Assembly (NCBI GenBank): GCA_018696595.1
Contig: JABHQW010000006.1
Location: forward strand, 1 to 58,232
Reading direction: 5' to 3'
DNA length: 58,232 nt
From: Candidatus Woesearchaeota archaeon
GTDB taxonomy: Archaea > Nanobdellota > Nanobdellia > Woesearchaeales > GW2011-AR9
Made by a program: the position numbers and the translations under genes. Below the pieces are notes generated by a model. It was not told the origin of the DNA, did not search any database, and saw only the letters and a list, made by a program, of their open reading frames with translations. Below are positions 11,101 through 19,530 of this stretch, one piece after another. Positions within the stretch are counted from its first letter, which is position 1. Every line of letters starts with the position of its first letter.

Positions 11101-12745
11101 GTTTAGAGCTAGTAGTTACATTTCCTTCAGCAATTTTACAATTTTTTATTGTTAAACTATCATAACCGCCACTATTATCAATACCATATCCCAATGATCC
11201 ATTAATTGAATGGTTAATTAAATAATTATTACAGTCAATAGTAACACTATTAGCGCCAACAACAAGTCCTGTCCCCCGACAAATTAAGTTATCATTTAAA
11301 GTTAAAGAACTAGTAACTATTTTTCCACAGTTAGAGATATTAATACTAGCATTATTCCAATCAGTTTCGTAATCAATCCCATCATATGCTTTTATTGAAC
11401 AAGTCCAATTTTCCCCCGCAGAAGTATTAACATAATTCAAAGTGGAAACTAATATCCGATTATTCTCAGTAAAAATAGCACTTTGTCCAGTTAGATTTTG
11501 AACACCATCTTTATGCCAAGTATAATTAGCATAAACAGTTCCACCGTCTGGGTCCGTTATATTTGCGTAACAAGTTAAGTCGTCTGTAGAGTAATTGTAA
11601 AGCGAAGTAGCATTAAGAATTATTTGAGAGGTACTAGGTGGATTATTTAAAACAATTGTCAGACTATTTGAACAAACTTCTACACCATTGACAACACCAT
11701 CATTCGGAGTCACACAAGCTTGCCAAACATTATCAACAATAGTTTCTTGTGAAACAATTAAATCAGTTCTGTTGTTGTAAAGAGCAGAGATTTGTTCTGC
11801 AGATAAAGAATGGTTATATATTCTCAATTCATCAACTGTTCCATTAAAGTTAATATTAGAAGACTTTCTCTTTCCAATAGATAATGTAGTCTTAGCAGGA
11901 ACAGCGGTATCTGCTAGAGTCCCCTCTTTCTGCCCATTAATATAAATTATTTTGTGAGAATCATTTTGTACAGCAACAATATGGTACCATTGCCCAACAG
12001 TTGGAAGAGTATTAGAACTTACATCTCTCCAACTACCTGAATATGTACCAAAAGTAATATTTGGACCATCAAAATCAGTGTTATCTATTCCTATAAGCAA
12101 ATCATCAGATGTAAAAGGAGTATTTAATGCCAAGATTGGTTGCCGTAAAGTATTATCATTAAACTTAGCCCAAACTTCAATAGAATAGTTAACATGATTC
12201 AGATTGACATTACTAAAGTTAATTTGATCTGCTTCTACTGCCCCTCCATCAAATTCATAAGCCCCTTTACCATCATAACCACCAGTAAGATTATAGATAC
12301 CCCCCTGATGGGTACCACTTGCCCCTGTTGCATAATTAGTAGCATTCTCTGCGCCATCTGGTTCAAAAGGAACATTCAATAATGTCAAAGATTTCCCATC
12401 AACTTTCCAATTAATGATGGTTTTATTCCCAACCCCCTCATGATAATAAACAGTTAGGTTCTCGTTGGTTTTATTTGCCAAAGAAGATGAGTTTAAGATT
12501 GGAGTTGACCCAGATGCCAAACCAGAACCAAAGATTACAATTGAAGAACTTTCGGAAACAACTGATTCACCTTGTATTCCAATAGCGGCTCCAGTTAACA
12601 TATTCTCAGATGACAAACTATTCAATGAGAATCCACTTTCTCTATAAGCAGATAGGCCAATCAACAAGAAAGCAGCCAAGACTACAAATAGTCCTAAGAA
12701 CAACTTCTCTTTCCTCTTGCAGCCCTCTTTCTTCTTATAGTTCAT
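5147..12745 (-). CDS. Giant (2532 aa) membrane-anchored surface protein: N-terminal TM, LamG/ConA domain, Ig-like domain, two parallel beta-helix modules, four cadherin-like repeats, TM, about 700-aa basic tail
   Basis: LamG motifs (WYHIVAV, FNGTVDELRIYNHSLSAEQI), NosD/PbH1-type NNTI/NCKI repeats, dense N-x-S/T sequons, TM at about 7272-7337. Confidence 0.9.
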   Translation of the reverse strand: MNYKKKEGCKRKEKLFLGLFVVLAAFLLIGLSAYRESGFSLNSLSSENMLTGAAIGIQGESVVSESSSIVIFGSGLASGSTPILNSSSLANKTNENLTVYYHEGVGNKTIINWKVDGKSLTLLNVPFEPDGAENATNYATGASGTHQGGIYNLTGGYDGKGAYEFDGGAVEADQINFSNVNLNHVNYSIEVWAKFNDNTLRQPILALNTPFTSDDLLIGIDNTDFDGPNITFGTYSGSWRDVSSNTLPTVGQWYHIVAVQNDSHKIIYINGQKEGTLADTAVPAKTTLSIGKRKSSNINFNGTVDELRIYNHSLSAEQISALYNNRTDLIVSQETIVDNVWQACVTPNDGVVNGVEVCSNSLTIVLNNPPSTSQIILNATSLYNYSTDDLTCYANITDPDGGTVYANYTWHKDGVQNLTGQSAIFTENNRILVSTLNYVNTSAGENWTCSIKAYDGIDYETDWNNASINISNCGKIVTSSLTLNDNLICRGTGLVVGANSVTIDCNNYLINHSINGSLGYGIDNSGGYDSLTIKNCKIAEGNVTTSSKHDIYFSGGTNSKISNNTLITIGSTSYGVGLVSSSNTNEIYNNTFITSASNGHAVDVASSSNNNNVTWNTMLLVAGYGVDCSTTSNNGIVNHNKINTTTGFGISTNGCSRWIIDNNTIYALNRGLSLYWSSHNLNVTNNFVNASGADGLHFFESDFGRIENNTFISNKDGIYLTRSHAIMVSNNNITTSTDNGYGINLESNAFGDVYNCTIQNNIVKTSGATSYGIWIQEDSANNSLINNNVTTVQSAPIFDESVLTTLNSLTYNNSMGKIFWNSSNLTTSINLSINTTIFLKDNLVGVVNHPNVGQLNTTAKITFYGLAYAATPWLYKDGIRCDNGNLCNVSYDVTNGILYANITSFSNYTTTAQGLPIANSTSCGYVNGDVTLTSNVNATDHCFTINASHVVLDCANNLVNYSIGGTLGYGVNNTGFDNVTVKNCKVYEGNVTTSAKYPIYFGGMSNGTIQNITINAIGAHSSGIFLSTANSVNVTNVTITTTDSRGIELTSSNNNTIVNCNVSTSVASQRNGFALSSSNSNSFLDNFVQVTGTSSISASVSSSDSNLFTNNTFITTSTGTLSSAFYVYGTSENNVIINNNFSTTINKSILDTTGNSYFNSLVYNNSLGEINWNKTNLTTYLNLAIGTNVFVESNNLGLTNHVNLSNLNSTAQLTFKGLNSTTHLLYKSGVRCDNLDTCNITTDSGGIVIATVSAFSNYTTIEEKEFPVFNPTPQNQTVQYGSLFSYDINATDDVALGNYSINDTTRFVINNSGYIENVTALSLTLYWINITINDTSNNLNHSVIFVNVTDTTSPYFVNIPQNQTLGYSDLFAYQINASDNHNVSSYTVNDTTNFKINSSGYLENATSLPLALYWLNITINDTFNNTNSSIFFVNVTDSIVPNFVNRSQNQTINYGDSFAYQINASDNHNVSNYSVNDTTSFVINGSGYLENVTALSLTLYWLNITINDSSSNTNSSVFFVNVTDITSPYFVNLPQDQAAGYNISFAYQISASDNYNISNYTINDTTHFKINNSGYLENATNLSIGIYNLNVSINDSSSNTNSSVFFVNVTDQKSNVTLTSPAASYSNSSAALTNVSFVCNVTDDLALVNLSLYLTDSSNTNFIRNQTTNINGKINSSNWTFELGVGAYTWNCLAQDIANNKDWGDVNRTIILNYAAPGTTEETSSSGSSSGISCPPDTQLKSGKCVQIVEEGEIEEVPIEEESGSSEVEEKEEKDEVFNEPSEGLPVATGFAFFNQAKVLFNNYSLYLIAFAIFIVLLIVVVYTVPKLRKWYSKKKSESRFSIKVRVKRTIVKSFKIVGFVIAYPFKKVVFAVAAVVLFIGRMFRKFVKKTVRHSTRAADASSDALWDTHKAIKRNVRKSVRETGKLAVGIGESTVKTKRSIRNYIMRQLRKLVRRIVRHSTRVSDVTSDAALDTKRAVRKSVRGTAQAAMEFGETSVKTKRSIRNYIMRQLRKLVRRIVKYTLTFVGGIIFVKRSVRNYIARQLRKLFRRTVKHSTRVSDAASDALWETHKAVKKNVNKSVTKTSEALLDVKESTVMAGKETKKLAKKHYHWTIAGMLYLFKALFLMLFIAIKRTFTFIGKVILEIGKGLVLLIKAMTLGLGIMVVTPFRALIRGFKFVFKEIQLFIVWTRTHLARFRSWLISYIWQKKSFPQVKIKGSAIPTITLTPLKKKPIKEIGNKRKPKLMEELEQIDLRLKTIDEPIPHKFRARFRPVVSKERKIGFAEEKKGFKKLKEKPLPKATILEPSPELLKLNRELGQVTEKLSKENFGIRFKEIDRKVTSFNNVKKISAADRRAIAEVKKISKKLEMKHRVKDVKVDKLTKDLEKVNRSLARLDEPVVKKIVRVTPRKLIEEKKTKIKIIKVSKKLEEKKRLELQRLAQLNKELSAVEMRLSNVDFVVGRKRIITKVSKYKGKVRSLDNKELNSNDQKAMNEAVRIINKIDRKHLLETKREQKLEMELGKIEKKLSWLR
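6460..7093 (-). repeat. Imperfect repeats of about 62 aa (186 bp) in the basic tail
   Basis: VKTKRSIRNYIMRQLRKLVRRIV repeated; near-identical DNA starting at 6686 and 6872. Confidence 0.85.
7913..8947 (-). repeat. Four tandem 87-aa (261-bp) cadherin-like repeats
   Basis: Units end in FVNVTD; the Asp codons lie at 8696, 8435, 8174 and 7913, exactly 261 bp apart. Confidence 0.9.
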
Positions 12746-13014
12746 ATTTTCTTTATCACCTTGTCATAAAGCTCTAATAGGCCTTTCAGTTCTTTCACTT
12801 TAAGCGAATAGAACTTGTTGGGAAACTCTTTACGAACGTTCAAAAAACCTAAGTCGTAAAGCAGTTTTAAGTGGCGAGAGGCTAAAGAAACGGACATTTC
12901 TGTTGATTCAGCAATATCTTTTACAGTCATTTCTGTATCTGCAATTAATCTTAGAATCTGTCTTCTAGAAAAAGCACTTATTGCTCTAGATAGCTTCTCT
13001 TCTTTAAATTCCAT
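12742..13014 (-). CDS. ArsR/SmtB-family wHTH regulator
   Basis: RRQILRLIA...MTVKDIA...SLASRHLKLLYDLGFL. ATG 13014 preferred over TTG 13023 because the TATA at 13041-13048 lies 26 nt upstream. ATGA overlap with the giant gene. Confidence 0.9.
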   Translation of the reverse strand: MEFKEEKLSRAISAFSRRQILRLIADTEMTVKDIAESTEMSVSLASRHLKLLYDLGFLNVRKEFPNKFYSLKVKELKGLLELYDKVIKKI

Positions 13015-13040
13015 GGATAACAATTAGAATAATCTTCTCC

Positions 13041-13083
13041 TTTATAAAGTTTACGAGTTGTGAAGTTTCGTAACTATGAAACT
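13041..13083 (-). promoter_or_regulatory. TATA box with overlapping inverted repeats, candidate ArsR operator
   Basis: TTTATAAA 13041-13048; TTACGA-N11-TCGTAA 13051-13073; AGTTTC-N8-GAAACT 13064-13083. Confidence 0.45.
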
Positions 13084-13103
13084 CTAAACTACAAAAAAAA
13101 GAA

Positions 13104-14117
13104 TTAATCTGAACTAACTTTAGGAACAGCTTTTTTTTCAGAATCTTCTGTTTCTTCAGAAACTTCAATTATCTCTGGAATTAAAGACCCAATTTTCTCC
13201 TTAATTTCATCAGCAGAGTAATACTTTAAATCAAAATCACCTAACGCTTCTTGAGTTTCTTTGTTTTCCAATTTACTTAAGTAAATTAAGATTTCTTTCT
13301 TATTACCCAGAGTTTTGTAAAGCTGCATCTGTTTCTTAACAGAAAAACCACAATACTCACTCAAATCAAAAACATAAATTACAATATCGGCAACTTCTTT
13401 TAAGACCAACTCTGCAACAAATTCAATGTCGTTCATCTTTTCTTTCCTAGCTAATGTTCCAGGGACATCTAAAACTTGAACTTTTTTATCATTAATTTTA
13501 AAATAACCCGCGTTAACACTTTTTGTAGTAAAAGCATAAGCAGCAACCTCTGCTTTTGTTCCCGTTATTTTGTTAAGCAAAGTAGTCTTTCCAACATTAG
13601 GAAACCCATAAACACAAATAGTGAACATTTCCTTAATATCAGGATAATCCTTCATAATCTTCCTACACTGATCCAAATATACCAAATTAGAATCAATCTG
13701 CTTAAGTATAGAAGAAATTCGGCCATAAAATTGCTTAGATAATTCTTTAATATCGTCTCTACCTTTGGTCTTAACAACTTTAGAAACATATTTTTTATGT
13801 AAAAGACGAGTTTTTTCAATTGCCCAATTAACAGCACCCAAAGATTTTTTATAATTGGGATAATCAAGAGTTAATTTCATTAATTTAGTATAGAATTCTG
13901 AAAGATCTTTTGTGCTAGGAAAGGATTTTAAAGATTTATCCAAACGAGTAACAATTGTATTCTTAACAACATCTAATTTTAACCCTTCTTTCTGCCTAAT
14001 TATTTGTAACCAGTTGCCTTTAAGTTTCTTCATCTTGCCTTTCTGTCTAGCTTTACCAAAGGCTAGATCAAGGATAGCCGTACTGGTTTCAACTGGTGCA
14101 ATATTTTGGAAATTCAT
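13104..14117 (-). CDS. NOG1-family (Obg-like) GTPase
   Basis: NOG1 helical N-terminus; G1 GFPNVGKTT, G2 YAFTT, G3 DVPG. Confidence 0.92.
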   Translation of the reverse strand: MNFQNIAPVETSTAILDLAFGKARQKGKMKKLKGNWLQIIRQKEGLKLDVVKNTIVTRLDKSLKSFPSTKDLSEFYTKLMKLTLDYPNYKKSLGAVNWAIEKTRLLHKKYVSKVVKTKGRDDIKELSKQFYGRISSILKQIDSNLVYLDQCRKIMKDYPDIKEMFTICVYGFPNVGKTTLLNKITGTKAEVAAYAFTTKSVNAGYFKINDKKVQVLDVPGTLARKEKMNDIEFVAELVLKEVADIVIYVFDLSEYCGFSVKKQMQLYKTLGNKKEILIYLSKLENKETQEALGDFDLKYYSADEIKEKIGSLIPEIIEVSEETEDSEKKAVPKVSSD

Positions 14118-14228
14118 TTTTAAATCTTGTTAAAAATGAAGGACAAAAACTCGTCAAAGTTTTTGAAAATTCACTTTAAACAAAGAAAAGAGTATCGTTA
14201 TTTTAAATGTTTCTTATTTATTAGTCAC

Positions 14229-17200
14229 TTATCTTTTTCCCTTCAAAGATTTCCGATGATATGCCAGTGAACTCATCCAACCAATCAAAACCACAATTGC
14301 CAAAGTAACCCATAACCAACCAAGATTAACAAATGAACCTACAAATCCACTTGCTTGACCAGCAAGGTTTGATTTTCCTTTTTCTAATTGAACATCCCCT
14401 TCTTCAAGAACAGAGCTTGCTGATGTATCTTCATCAGCACTTGTTGATTCTTTCTCATCACTTACTACTTTTGCACATAATCCACAATCTTTGTAACAAG
14501 CACCACCATCTTCGTTTGTTTCTTTATCAGGGGCACAAGTTAGTCCATCATTACAGTTACCATCACCACACAATCCCCATGATGACGTTCCACCACTTGA
14601 TGAAGAACTACTACTACTAGAAGAACTATCTGAACTTGAAGCCGCAACCGCCGTTTGTTCAGCAATAACAAATGTACTTAGATGAGTTAGGTTTGCTTCA
14701 ATGAAATTGGAAACAGTATTTACACTCACTACACTTTCTTCAACCCAAGCAGCAGTAGCAGGATTATAATAATAAAACTTAAGATTTGCTTCAGTAATAC
14801 TGTTAGTGGTTAATATAGTTTCATTATACGCCACTCTAACAGTAACCTTATTAATATAATCACTAACTGCAGGGGCAGAAAAGGTGTAATACTTATACTC
14901 GCTAATGTTATAATCAGTAACACTTAATGCTGTACTTTCAGGAGTAGCGTTAAATTCTTGAGCGACAACTGTAAAGTTGTTAGCAAAGGTTTTAGAAACA
15001 TTAAAAGTAAGATTTACTCCAAAAGTATTGTTAACCTTAAAAGTGGAATTACCAGTTAAATTAATGTAAGTAGTATTAGTAAATGCTGCACTAACATTAG
15101 TAATTAATGCGTATATTGTTTTGGTAACCTCGTTTCCAAAACTATCATTACATAAAAAGTCAAACCTTCTATTCCCAACACTTAAATTAGTAACATTCTG
15201 TTGATGAGTTGTAACGCTACTGGTTACATTCATCATAGTGTAATTGATTGTTGTATTTTTATAATAACAAGTAGCACTTTCATCTGTAGTAATATTAAGT
15301 ATTACAAGAGTACCATTACTTGAACCAACTGGGCTTTGTACAAAGATTATTGGACTAACATTATCAGCCGCTGCAGTAGTATAATTACTAAAACTAGAAA
15401 CTCTGGCCACTACTATTCCACCAGCGTCCGAAGTAATGTTACAATAGTTCCCATTATCACACCTAACCCCATCTTTAAGAAGTTGGTGAGTTGTTGAATT
15501 TAATCCCTTAAATGTAAGCTGTGCAGTTTCATTAATTTTCAAAGTATTAGCATCATTCACTAAACCAATCTTATTACTTTGAACATAAGCAGAAACATTC
15601 CTAGCCAAAGAAACGTTAGTACTAAGATTAAGTTTCTCCCACTTGATTTCACTCATAGTATTATTATAAATCAAAGTGTTGTTGTAAGAACCATTATCAT
15701 ATATTGCAAACTGTAAACTATTACTAAAATTATTATTTAGAAGAGTATTATTATAAATGTGGGTTTGTAACTTAATCCCCTGGGTTGCTCGATCAAAAGT
15801 GTTATTCTCAATCCAACTATGATTCATTCTTGTACTCTGGCCCGATGAGTTAAGAGTACCAATTCCAGTAGTTAAAATACCAAAATAATTATGAGTAATC
15901 CTTAAAGAGGCCCTATCAGCAATTAACCCCACCCCTAAATGAGTTAAGTTATTCTTAGTTAAATTTACGTTTGTACCAGAGGTAATCCTAATTCCAACTC
16001 CCCCAACAACTGCACAAGCAGTTCCTCCAACTGAAGCAGTACAATTCATATTATTAATAGTGTTATTCTCAACTCTCAAACGATCAAGGCTAAGAATACT
16101 ATTATCACCAATAATAATACCAACAGGATTGAAACTATTAAGGCCATAAACACGATAGATGTTATTATTATAAATAACAGATTGATTAACAACATTCCCG
16201 GTATTTTCTACAAAAGTAATACCATAAGGACTAGCAGTATCATCGGCCGAAAAGTTTGTGATTGTATTATAAGAAATATTTGCTTGAGTACTATTATAAA
16301 AAGCAATTCCTCCACCAGTTTCGCCAGTTATATTGGCATGACCAGCAGTATTATTCCAAACAGTACCGTTAGGGCTATGTTGGAATATTATTCCCGCACC
16401 AAAGTTCCTAACAACACAATTCTTAACAGTAATGTTAGTATAAACCCCAGTATTAATTACACCCGTATCATCAGAACCGCCATCACCGACAATAGAATAA
16501 CCAGCACAATCTAGGATAATATTGTTAGCACCAATAACGATACCATTACCAGTACAACCAGTAACAGCCGCAGTTAAATTGGTATTAGTAGTTATTGTTG
16601 AACCACAAGCTTCTTGAGTAGTATAGTTACTAAAACTAGAAACCTTTGCAACAACTAACCCACCAGTGTCTGTAGTAATGTTACAAAGAACACCCCCATC
16701 ACACCGGACGCCATCTTTTAAAAGCCAATGAACTGTTGAGTTTAAACCCTTAAATGTCAACTGTGCAGTATCATTAATCTTTAAAGTATTAGCATCATTC
16801 ACTAAACCAATTTTATTACTTTGAACATAAACAGAAACATTAGTATAAATGGAAACATTCATAGTAAGATTAGTCTTTTCCCACTTAATTTCCCCCTCAG
16901 AATTATTGTAAATCAATGTGTTATTATTAGTACCATTATCTAAGATAGCATACGCTAAACTACCACTGAAATTATTGTTCAAGAAAGTGTTGTTAAAGTT
17001 TGGTCCAAGTAAATACACCGCTCTTGTTAACCCACTAAACGTATTTCCCTCAACCCAAGTACTGTTAAAAGGAACCGTTTGATCACCTGGAATGTCCCGG
17101 GCATATATACCATAAATGCTATCAGAGATAGTATTATTAACAATCTTCATGTAACTTAGTTTTGGAAGTATTCCAGTTCCAACATTTAAGATAGTATTAT

Positions 17201-19412
17201 TAGCAATACTAACATTAGTACCCGAAGTCATTGCAATCCCAATTCCTCCCTGAAAAAATTCACAAGCAGTACCAGCAGCCAAAGAAGTACAAGTTATATT
17301 TCTAATAGAATTATTAGAGATTTTCAAACCAGTTAATAATAACTTTGTAACATCTCCTTCTTGTATGCCCACTGGCACAATAGCATCAGTACCAAAAATA
17401 TAAGAGATATTGTTATTAGCAATCGCTCCCGCAATCTGTCCATTAACGGAATCTAATAATTTTATTCCAATTGGGCCAGCAGCTAAAAGAGCATTAGATA
17501 AGTTTGTAATTTTATTATTAGAAATATTAATTCCAGAACAATTGGTAAAATCAATTCCAATCATGGTGGCTGGAGCAGCAATATTATCAACGTGTCCAAT
17601 AGTGTTATTTAAGAAAGTATGGTTATTTGAATGAGACATTGTAACCCCAACTTCAAATCCACGAATAACACAATTTTTAATAGTAACGTTATTAAATTGA
17701 CTTCCAGGAGGAGCACTATTAATAATTCCAAGGCTTCCCGAATTTTGAACACCAATTATTGAATAACCAGCACAATCTAAAACAACATTACTTGCACCAA
17801 TTGAAAGCCCAGTACTGCCACAATCAACAATATCACTTACTAAAGTATTACTAGCATCAACAAGAGAAGTCCCACAATTAAACTCACTAGTAGTATAATT
17901 ACTAAAACTAGTAACTCTAGCAACAACTAACCCACCAGTATCAGTAGTGATATTACAAAGATCACCATTATCACAACGAATGCCATCTTTAAATAATTGG
18001 TGAACTGAATTGTTTAATCCCTTAAAAGTAATTTGTGCAGTTTCATTTAATTTTAAAGTATTAGCATCATTAACTAAACCAACCAGATTACTTTGAACAG
18101 AAGCAGAAACATTCCTAGCCAAAGAAACATTAGTACTAATATTAATTTTTTCCCACTTGATTTCACTCATAGTATTATTATAAATCAAAGTGTTATTGTA
18201 AGCACTATAATCTAAGATTGCAAATTGTAAACTATTAGTGAAATTGTTATTAATAAAAGTGTTGTTAAAAATGTTAGTGCTCAAATAAAAAGCTTGAGTC
18301 AAACCATCAAAAGTATTATTTTCAACCCAACTATGATTAAAACGAGTATTTGTACCACCAGTGTTTAATGTGTAAATACCGTAAGTGCCGTTACTGAAAA
18401 GATTACCAGTAATTCGTAAACCAAATTGATCAACAATAAGCCCAGTATTAACACTAGAAATTTTGTTATTAGTTAAGTTTACATTGATTCCAGACCGAAT
18501 CGAGACCCCAATACTACCAACAATATCACAAATTGTTCCAGCAGCTGCACTAGTACAAGTAAGATTGGTAATAGTATTATTCACAACCTCTAAGCCAGTA
18601 AGATCTAAGACACCAGAATCACCAATACTAAGAGCAACAGGAGTAGCATTATCTACACCATAAATACGCGAGATATTGTTATGAGCAATTATAGAACCAG
18701 AAAGACCACTCCCGAGAGCTTCAGCATACATCATACCAAAAGCACTATCTATATTAGTAGAAGTCAGATTGGTAATTATATTATTAGAAATATTTGCATC
18801 AGAACAATTAGTAAAACTAATTCCCCAATTGGGTTCAGTCAGATTAATATGACCAAGAGTATTGTTCCAAATTGTAGAATTAGGTGAATGCATAAAATTT
18901 ATTCCCGTACCAAAATTCTTGATTACACAATTTTTAATAGTAATGTCAGACCATGTAGAACCGGGAGGCGGAGAATTCTTAATACCACTATCAAAAGCAT
19001 CACCATCTCCAATGATAGAAAATCCTGCGCAATCAATAGTAACACTTGATGCACCAACGCTAAGTCCGTCAATAGTACAGGCCAGATTACTATTCATAGT
19101 TATAGATCCAGTAACCTCATCACCACAATTACAGGGCCAAGAAGAACAAGGAGCTTGTGGGATTAAATCTCCTTCAACAACAATATTTTCAGAATCTTCA
19201 AAATCTACAGAACTTTCCAAGTTAAGATAATCTCCTGAACCAATCCCAATCACAGCACCAGTAAGATATTCTCCACTGTTAGAAAAAAGACTTTCCATCC
19301 CTAATTTCATAGAATCAGAAGGAGAAGAATAATCAAAATTATTAATAAGTCCAAAACCAATTAGCATAACTGCTACAGATAAAAACAAAAATGTATAATT
19401 CTTAGTTCGCAA
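14229..19412 (-). CDS. Large (1727 aa) surface protein with three parallel beta-helix modules, Ig-like and S-layer-like C-terminal domains, Ser-rich linker, Cys-rich knot and C-terminal TM
   Basis: Three modules from C-x-x-x-I...C to FSNYTT; CGDGNCNDG motif; LGWLWVTLAIVVLIGW anchor; TTG start with GGTGA SD. Confidence 0.9.
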   Translation of the reverse strand: MRTKNYTFLFLSVAVMLIGFGLINNFDYSSPSDSMKLGMESLFSNSGEYLTGAVIGIGSGDYLNLESSVDFEDSENIVVEGDLIPQAPCSSWPCNCGDEVTGSITMNSNLACTIDGLSVGASSVTIDCAGFSIIGDGDAFDSGIKNSPPPGSTWSDITIKNCVIKNFGTGINFMHSPNSTIWNNTLGHINLTEPNWGISFTNCSDANISNNIITNLTSTNIDSAFGMMYAEALGSGLSGSIIAHNNISRIYGVDNATPVALSIGDSGVLDLTGLEVVNNTITNLTCTSAAAGTICDIVGSIGVSIRSGINVNLTNNKISSVNTGLIVDQFGLRITGNLFSNGTYGIYTLNTGGTNTRFNHSWVENNTFDGLTQAFYLSTNIFNNTFINNNFTNSLQFAILDYSAYNNTLIYNNTMSEIKWEKINISTNVSLARNVSASVQSNLVGLVNDANTLKLNETAQITFKGLNNSVHQLFKDGIRCDNGDLCNITTDTGGLVVARVTSFSNYTTSEFNCGTSLVDASNTLVSDIVDCGSTGLSIGASNVVLDCAGYSIIGVQNSGSLGIINSAPPGSQFNNVTIKNCVIRGFEVGVTMSHSNNHTFLNNTIGHVDNIAAPATMIGIDFTNCSGINISNNKITNLSNALLAAGPIGIKLLDSVNGQIAGAIANNNISYIFGTDAIVPVGIQEGDVTKLLLTGLKISNNSIRNITCTSLAAGTACEFFQGGIGIAMTSGTNVSIANNTILNVGTGILPKLSYMKIVNNTISDSIYGIYARDIPGDQTVPFNSTWVEGNTFSGLTRAVYLLGPNFNNTFLNNNFSGSLAYAILDNGTNNNTLIYNNSEGEIKWEKTNLTMNVSIYTNVSVYVQSNKIGLVNDANTLKINDTAQLTFKGLNSTVHWLLKDGVRCDGGVLCNITTDTGGLVVAKVSSFSNYTTQEACGSTITTNTNLTAAVTGCTGNGIVIGANNIILDCAGYSIVGDGGSDDTGVINTGVYTNITVKNCVVRNFGAGIIFQHSPNGTVWNNTAGHANITGETGGGIAFYNSTQANISYNTITNFSADDTASPYGITFVENTGNVVNQSVIYNNNIYRVYGLNSFNPVGIIIGDNSILSLDRLRVENNTINNMNCTASVGGTACAVVGGVGIRITSGTNVNLTKNNLTHLGVGLIADRASLRITHNYFGILTTGIGTLNSSGQSTRMNHSWIENNTFDRATQGIKLQTHIYNNTLLNNNFSNSLQFAIYDNGSYNNTLIYNNTMSEIKWEKLNLSTNVSLARNVSAYVQSNKIGLVNDANTLKINETAQLTFKGLNSTTHQLLKDGVRCDNGNYCNITSDAGGIVVARVSSFSNYTTAAADNVSPIIFVQSPVGSSNGTLVILNITTDESATCYYKNTTINYTMMNVTSSVTTHQQNVTNLSVGNRRFDFLCNDSFGNEVTKTIYALITNVSAAFTNTTYINLTGNSTFKVNNTFGVNLTFNVSKTFANNFTVVAQEFNATPESTALSVTDYNISEYKYYTFSAPAVSDYINKVTVRVAYNETILTTNSITEANLKFYYYNPATAAWVEESVVSVNTVSNFIEANLTHLSTFVIAEQTAVAASSSDSSSSSSSSSSSGGTSSWGLCGDGNCNDGLTCAPDKETNEDGGACYKDCGLCAKVVSDEKESTSADEDTSASSVLEEGDVQLEKGKSNLAGQASGFVGSFVNLGWLWVTLAIVVLIGWMSSLAYHRKSLKGKR

Positions 19413-19530
19413 CTTTACTTTTCACCCTTTTTTTATTAATAATAGTAAAACTTTTTTATTTATAAATGTTTTTATTTATATAAAGAGAAGAAATAGTAAA
19501 TAATATAAACAATAAAATAATGGTTAAAAC

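Larger units (their letters stand above)
8966..17906 (-). repeat. Dispersed beta-helix cap module (KDGxRCDxxxxCNIT...FSNYTT), five copies across two genes
   Basis: The 18-mer agtagtata(a/g)ttactaaa occurs at 8966, 10016, 15375, 16617 and 17889, with similar adjacent sequence in each copy. Confidence 0.85.

Noticed and set aside
5147-19412. Diversity-generating retroelement acting on the AAT/AAC-rich surface genes
   Set aside because: No reverse transcriptase, no non-coding template repeat, and repeat differences are not confined to adenines.
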